Below, one piece after another: positions 59,563-64,000 of a stretch of 64,000 bases of DNA. Each line of letters starts with the position of its first letter. The first letter of the stretch is position 1. Under the pieces are notes generated by a model. The model searched no databases, was not told the origin of the DNA, and saw nothing but the letters and a program-made list of their open reading frames with translations. The position numbers were made by a program, and so were the translations under genes. Origin of the DNA: Candidatus Hydrogenedentota bacterium (GTDB lineage Bacteria; Hydrogenedentota; Hydrogenedentia; Hydrogenedentales; SLHB01); NCBI GenBank assembly GCA_029974275.1, contig JARKSN010000339.1:1-64000 (forward strand), in the 5' to 3' direction.

Positions 59563-61488
59563 TCAGCCTTTCTCCTTCCCCGGCGCGGTCTCTGTATGCA
59601 CCAGATGATCCTTAACCACTTTCGCCCGGGCAATGTCAAATCCCGGCGTTGCGGCAAGGGCTTCCAGCGAGGCGCCGGCGATTGCCGCGACCGATCCGAA
59701 GGCCGTCAACAGGGCCTTGGCGCGTTTGGGGCCGATGCCCGGCACGTCGAGCAGCGGCGATCGCAGCGTGGCGCGGTCGCGGCGTTTCCGGTGATAGGCG
59801 ACGGCGAGACGGTGGGCTTCGTCGCGGATGCGCGCCAAGAAGAGAACCACCGGCGAATGTTGCGGCAACACGATCGGGTCCTTGCGCCCCGGCGCGAAAA
59901 AACGCTCCGGCGAATGGAGCCCTCCGTCGAGCGCGCGCGATTTCGCGATGCTGATGACATCGAGATTGGCGATGCCGAGATCGCGCAACGCCGTCGTTGC
60001 GACATGCAACTGGCCCTTGCCGCCGTCGATAAGCACGAGATCGGGCAGGTCGTTTTCTTCGATCGCCCGCCGGAATCGCCGCAACAACACCTCGCGCATC
60101 ATCGCGAAATCGTCCTGGCCCTTCACCTGTTTGATCGAGAAACGGCGGTATCGCGCCGTGCATGGGGCTGCGCCTTCGAACACAGCCATCGATCCCGTCG
60201 GCTTGACTCCTTGGAGGGTCGAGATGTCGAAGCACTCGATGCGCTGCGGCGCTTTGGAAAGCGATAGTTTTTCGCGGATTTGATCGAGCAGATCGGCGTT
60301 TGCCTTTTCCGCAAGACGTTTTTTCTCGAAATTGCTTTGGGCATTGCGCCCGGCGAGGTCGATGAGCGCCCTTTTCTCGCCGCGCAGTGGAGCCGCTACG
60401 GAGACCTTCGCGCCGCGCAGTTCCGAGAGAATTTCCTCGAGGGTTTTGGCGTCGTCCAACGGCATGGGCGTCAATATTTCCGGGGGCAGGCTGGGCGCTT
60501 CCGAATAGTGCTGCAGCAGGAAAGAGCTCAGGGTTTCTTCGATCGGCATTTCCCGGCGGTTGAACGAGACCGAGCGCCCTCCCTGCAAACTGCCGCCGCG
60601 AAAGAACAGGATTTGTATTTCGCTGAATCGCCCGTGCGCGTAGATGCCGATGACGTCGCGGTCGGCTCCGCCCGCGGCCTGGACAGTGCGCTGCCGTTCC
60701 AGCGTTTTGCGCAGGGAATCCAGGCGGTCGCGCCACACGGCCGCCTTCTCGAATTCAAGGCGATCGGCGAGTTCCTTGATCTGGCGGCGCATGCGTCGCT
60801 CGACGTCCGCGCTACGTCCTTCCAGGACGGTCGCCACGTGTTCGGCGATCTCGCGGTGCTCCTCCTGGGTGATGTAGCCGACACAGGGCGCGGCGCATTG
60901 TTTCATCTGATAATACAGGCATGGCCGCGTCCGATTTCTGAGGGTTGCGTCCGAACAAAGCCGCAACGGGAAGATGCGCTGCAACTGCTTCATGGTTTCG
61001 CGCACGGCTTGCGCGTTCGCATAGGGCCCGAAATAGGTTGCGCCGTCCTTGCGCGGTTTTCGCGTGACGGTCAGTCGGGGAAAATCATGGCGCCGATCGA
61101 GCCGCAAGCTGACGTAGGTTTTGTCGTCCTTGAGATGGACGTTGTAGCGCGGTCGGTGTTTCTTGATGAGGCTGTTCTCGAGAAGAAGCGCCTCTTTTTC
61201 GGTCGCGGTGACAAGGAAGTCGATGCGCGCAACGCGTTGCATCAGAAACTTGACGCTGTACCGGCTGTCCCGCTCGGTGATATAGGCTCGCACGCGGGCG
61301 CGCAGGTTCTTCGCCTTGCCGACGTAGATGACGTGGCCGCGTTCATCTTCCATCAGGTAGCAGCCGCATTCCGTCGGAACCCGCGCGATGTCGAAGGAAG
61401 CGAGAAACGCCTCCGGACTGACGCGCTCCGAAGGCCGTCCGGCGATGTCAATGCGTTCCCAGCCTGTTGCGATCTCTGTCGTGTCCAT
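59563..61488 (-). CDS. uvrC: Excinuclease ABC subunit C
   Basis: GIY-YIG (GCYLM...IYVGKAKNLR), RIECFDIS, DLVLIDGGKGQ, RDEAHR, HhH VPGIGPKR. Confidence 0.96.
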   Translation of the reverse strand: MDTTEIATGWERIDIAGRPSERVSPEAFLASFDIARVPTECGCYLMEDERGHVIYVGKAKNLRARVRAYITERDSRYSVKFLMQRVARIDFLVTATEKEALLLENSLIKKHRPRYNVHLKDDKTYVSLRLDRRHDFPRLTVTRKPRKDGATYFGPYANAQAVRETMKQLQRIFPLRLCSDATLRNRTRPCLYYQMKQCAAPCVGYITQEEHREIAEHVATVLEGRSADVERRMRRQIKELADRLEFEKAAVWRDRLDSLRKTLERQRTVQAAGGADRDVIGIYAHGRFSEIQILFFRGGSLQGGRSVSFNRREMPIEETLSSFLLQHYSEAPSLPPEILTPMPLDDAKTLEEILSELRGAKVSVAAPLRGEKRALIDLAGRNAQSNFEKKRLAEKANADLLDQIREKLSLSKAPQRIECFDISTLQGVKPTGSMAVFEGAAPCTARYRRFSIKQVKGQDDFAMMREVLLRRFRRAIEENDLPDLVLIDGGKGQLHVATTALRDLGIANLDVISIAKSRALDGGLHSPERFFAPGRKDPIVLPQHSPVVLFLARIRDEAHRLAVAYHRKRRDRATLRSPLLDVPGIGPKRAKALLTAFGSVAAIAGASLEALAATPGFDIARAKVVKDHLVHTETAPGKEKG

Positions 61489-61534
61489 ACGCGCGTAAGG
61501 ATAGCATGGATGGGCCCAGACGGGCACGGCAAGG

Positions 61535-63253
61535 CTATTCTTCCGGATTGGGAGAGAAGGAAGCGTCGCGGTCGTTGACCGTGAGGAGTTCGCCGAAATA
61601 GGCGTCATTGCGGAAACACAGACGAATGCGGCGGTGACACACGCTGCAACTGAACGCGTCGCCCACTTTCGCGCCGCTGGGCGTGGGAAGGTAGGTGCTG
61701 CAGAAGGGGCAGGCGATGCTTTTTTCTTCCTTCTTGAAATACTCCTGCAAGATGCGGTCGATGCGACCCTCGCGATAGGCCGTGAGCAACGCATCCACGC
61801 AAGCCGGGTCGAACTGCGTGTTTTTGCCCCGCTCCAATTCGGCCAGAGCGATCTCCGGATCGAGCCCCTTGCGATACGGGCGGTTGCTCGTCATTGCGTC
61901 GAACGTGTCCGCCACCGCCAGCAACCTTCCCTCGAGCGGGATGTTCTCGCCCGCCAAGCCAAACGGATACCCGTTGCCATCGTAGCGCTCGTGATGATAC
62001 AGCGCATACGGAATCAACGGCGCGAGGCTCTCCACGTCCTGCATGAGCCGCGCCCCCCGTTCCGGATGCACTTTCATCTGCGCGAACTCGTCCTCCGCAA
62101 GGCCGCCCGGCTTGCGCAACACCGCGTCCGGAACGGCGATCTTGCCGATGTCGTGCAACACGCCGCCCATCTGGCATACGCGAAGACGCTCTTCGTCCCA
62201 GCCCAGCGTTCGCGCCATTTCCGCCGCGAAATTCGTGACGCGCCACGTATGTCCGACGGTGTAATGATCGCGCAGTTCGATCGCATTGGCGAGGACCACG
62301 AGCGTGTCTTGATAGGCCCGTTCCACGCGCGCCACATACTGCGCGTTCTTGATGGCGATGCTGGCCGGAGCCGCCAGCGCGCTCAACAACTGTAGATCGC
62401 TGTCGGCGAAGGCATTGCGTGCGCCGCGCGTATCCACATAGATCACGCCCAACGTTTCGTGCTGATGCATCAGGGGGACGCACATGGCCGATGCGATGTT
62501 TTGCGCGATGATGCTCGCGCCCGACTCGAAGCGATCGTCGTTGGCGGCGTTGTGTGTGAGGACCGCCTCGGCGCGTTCCAGGGCCCGCGACACGATGGTC
62601 GTGCTGACCACGACGGGGCCTCCCTCGCCGGAATGAACGTATTCGGTGACGATTTCCCCGGTCCGGTCGTCCTTGAGCAGAATGACTCCATTGTGCGCCG
62701 GCACGAGCGACAAGACCTGTTCCATCACGCGCGCGAACAACCGCTTCAGATCGCGTTCGCTGGAGATGATCTGGTTCGCCTCGTAAATCGCCGCCAGCCG
62801 TTTCTGCATGCGCCGGATCGGCAGCGTGTCCTCCGATTCCCGCGGCGCTTCGAACAGGGTTTTGTGCAAGTTCTCCGCCGCCTGCGCATGCAACGCGCCC
62901 GATCGGACTTCGTCGTGCTGAAACCGGATGGCGGTATCGCGCCCCCGGGGTTCCACATCTTTTTCGGCCACTTCATACCGGAGTTCCGCCGGTCCGATGC
63001 GGATGATATCTTGCGGGGTCAGGCGATATTCCAGAATGCGGCGATTGTCGACGTACGTGCCATTGCCGCTGCCCAGGTCTCGAATGATGGTGCCGTTTGG
63101 CGTTTGCTGAATGACGGCATGTTTTCGGGAGACCTGCAAATCGTTGAGTTGGAGGCGGTTTTCCGGGCTTCGACCAATGCTCAACGAGCCGATCAACTCG
63201 AACTCTTCGCCTTGGCCGGGGCCGTGCGTCACCACGATACGCTCGCGTTTCAT
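61535..63253 (-). CDS. FHA-GAF-HD-GYP cyclic dinucleotide phosphodiesterase with C-terminal Zn ribbon
   Basis: IGRS...VSRKHA...DLGSGNGT (FHA); SAMCVPL (GAF); HDIGK and HHERYDGNGYP (HD-GYP); CPFC...CSVC. Confidence 0.9.
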   Translation of the reverse strand: MKRERIVVTHGPGQGEEFELIGSLSIGRSPENRLQLNDLQVSRKHAVIQQTPNGTIIRDLGSGNGTYVDNRRILEYRLTPQDIIRIGPAELRYEVAEKDVEPRGRDTAIRFQHDEVRSGALHAQAAENLHKTLFEAPRESEDTLPIRRMQKRLAAIYEANQIISSERDLKRLFARVMEQVLSLVPAHNGVILLKDDRTGEIVTEYVHSGEGGPVVVSTTIVSRALERAEAVLTHNAANDDRFESGASIIAQNIASAMCVPLMHQHETLGVIYVDTRGARNAFADSDLQLLSALAAPASIAIKNAQYVARVERAYQDTLVVLANAIELRDHYTVGHTWRVTNFAAEMARTLGWDEERLRVCQMGGVLHDIGKIAVPDAVLRKPGGLAEDEFAQMKVHPERGARLMQDVESLAPLIPYALYHHERYDGNGYPFGLAGENIPLEGRLLAVADTFDAMTSNRPYRKGLDPEIALAELERGKNTQFDPACVDALLTAYREGRIDRILQEYFKKEEKSIACPFCSTYLPTPSGAKVGDAFSCSVCHRRIRLCFRNDAYFGELLTVNDRDASFSPNPEE

Positions 63254-63698
63254 GTTCGACAGCCCCTTTGTTTCGTTCCTTCCAAAAAACGAGGACAATC
63301 ATGACGGACGCGCCGGAAAATTACGATACAACGCACTTATATAGCATATTTAGCGCCGGATTGGTAGACCATCGAGGATTGCGTCACGCCCCTTCGCGTC
63401 ACAATGCCAAGCGAAATGGCGCCCGAAAATGGTCATCGTGGATGTTTTGGGAGGGAACCCTTCCCGCACAGAGACCGGGCGCAAAGAGGGGAAATTTCTG
63501 ATCTTCCCCCTCTTGTTTCCTCGCGGGGGCGTGCGCTAGGATACGCGCGGCTGTAGAGTCGGCCAAGTCGTTGGACGTTCGTTTCGGATATTTTTTCAGG
63601 GTGTTGCGTTCAGGCTCTCGACTGCTTTGGCAGTATACAGGCGGCAAGGGCAAACAAGGCGTTGCCGGCGGAGCGGCGGCCGCGCGGGAGAAGAAGGG

Positions 63699-64000
63699 AT
63701 GGCGAAGCACGTGGATGTAGTTCTGCCTGAGAAAAAGGGGTCTTGGCTGACGTATCGGCCGGACATCAAGGTATTGGATTGCACGATTCGGGACGGGGGG
63801 TTGGTCAACAGCTGCCGGTTCAACGACGATTTTGTCCGCGCGATTTATCAGGCGTGCGTGGCCGCCGGGGTGGACTACATGGAGATGGGCTACAAGGGTT
63901 CGAAGGATGCCTATCCCCCGGCGGAGTATGGTTGTTGGAAACACTGCAGTGAAGCCGATTTGCGCCGGATTGTCGGCGATAACGACGCGGACCTGAAGTT
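63699..64000 (+). CDS. DRE-TIM metallolyase (HMGL-like / 4-hydroxy-2-oxovalerate aldolase-like), 3'-truncated by the window edge
   Basis: Hand translation MAKHVDVVLPEKKGSWLTYRPDIKVLDCTIRDGGLVN...GVDYMEMGYK; open to the end of the window. Confidence 0.82.
   Translation, partial: MAKHVDVVLPEKKGSWLTYRPDIKVLDCTIRDGGLVNSCRFNDDFVRAIYQACVAAGVDYMEMGYKGSKDAYPPAEYGCWKHCSEADLRRIVGDNDADLK

Overview
GC-rich bacterial chromosomal segment, mostly core and housekeeping genes (smc, ymdB, rny, purA, ndk, sodA, pcrA/uvrD, pheA, uvrC, tRNA-Arg) mixed with envelope and signalling genes. The lineage cannot be fixed from sequence alone. CotH/LTD surface proteins with DTDGDG repeats and a C-terminal sorting tail are suggestive of a Hydrogenedentes-like diderm, but this is inference. 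No transposase, integrase, prophage or CRISPR array is visible. Main points of interest: (1) an integrase-free 2.16-kb ABC-ATPase + TOPRIM-like (DUF4276-type) cassette, flanked by a 194-bp duplication of the 3' end of a 2-oxoacid dehydrogenase E1 gene whose distal copy differs only by 16 synonymous changes, ten of them in consecutive codons; (2) a stand-alone ~300-nt structured transcript (40.1-40.4 kb, minus strand) with its own promoter, terminator and a long complement to the 16S rRNA 3' end; (3) a 6S-like rod RNA upstream of rny; (4) a sigma54/PspF psp operon that starts with a PilZ gene and carries three pspB-like paralogs, the middle one a chimera; (5) a CotH kinase-VTC-DUF4956-HlyD operon with a frameshifted CotH gene; (6) a 29-aa bS22/COX24-like ORF missed by the ORF track. 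All family assignments are by motif recognition, not database search.
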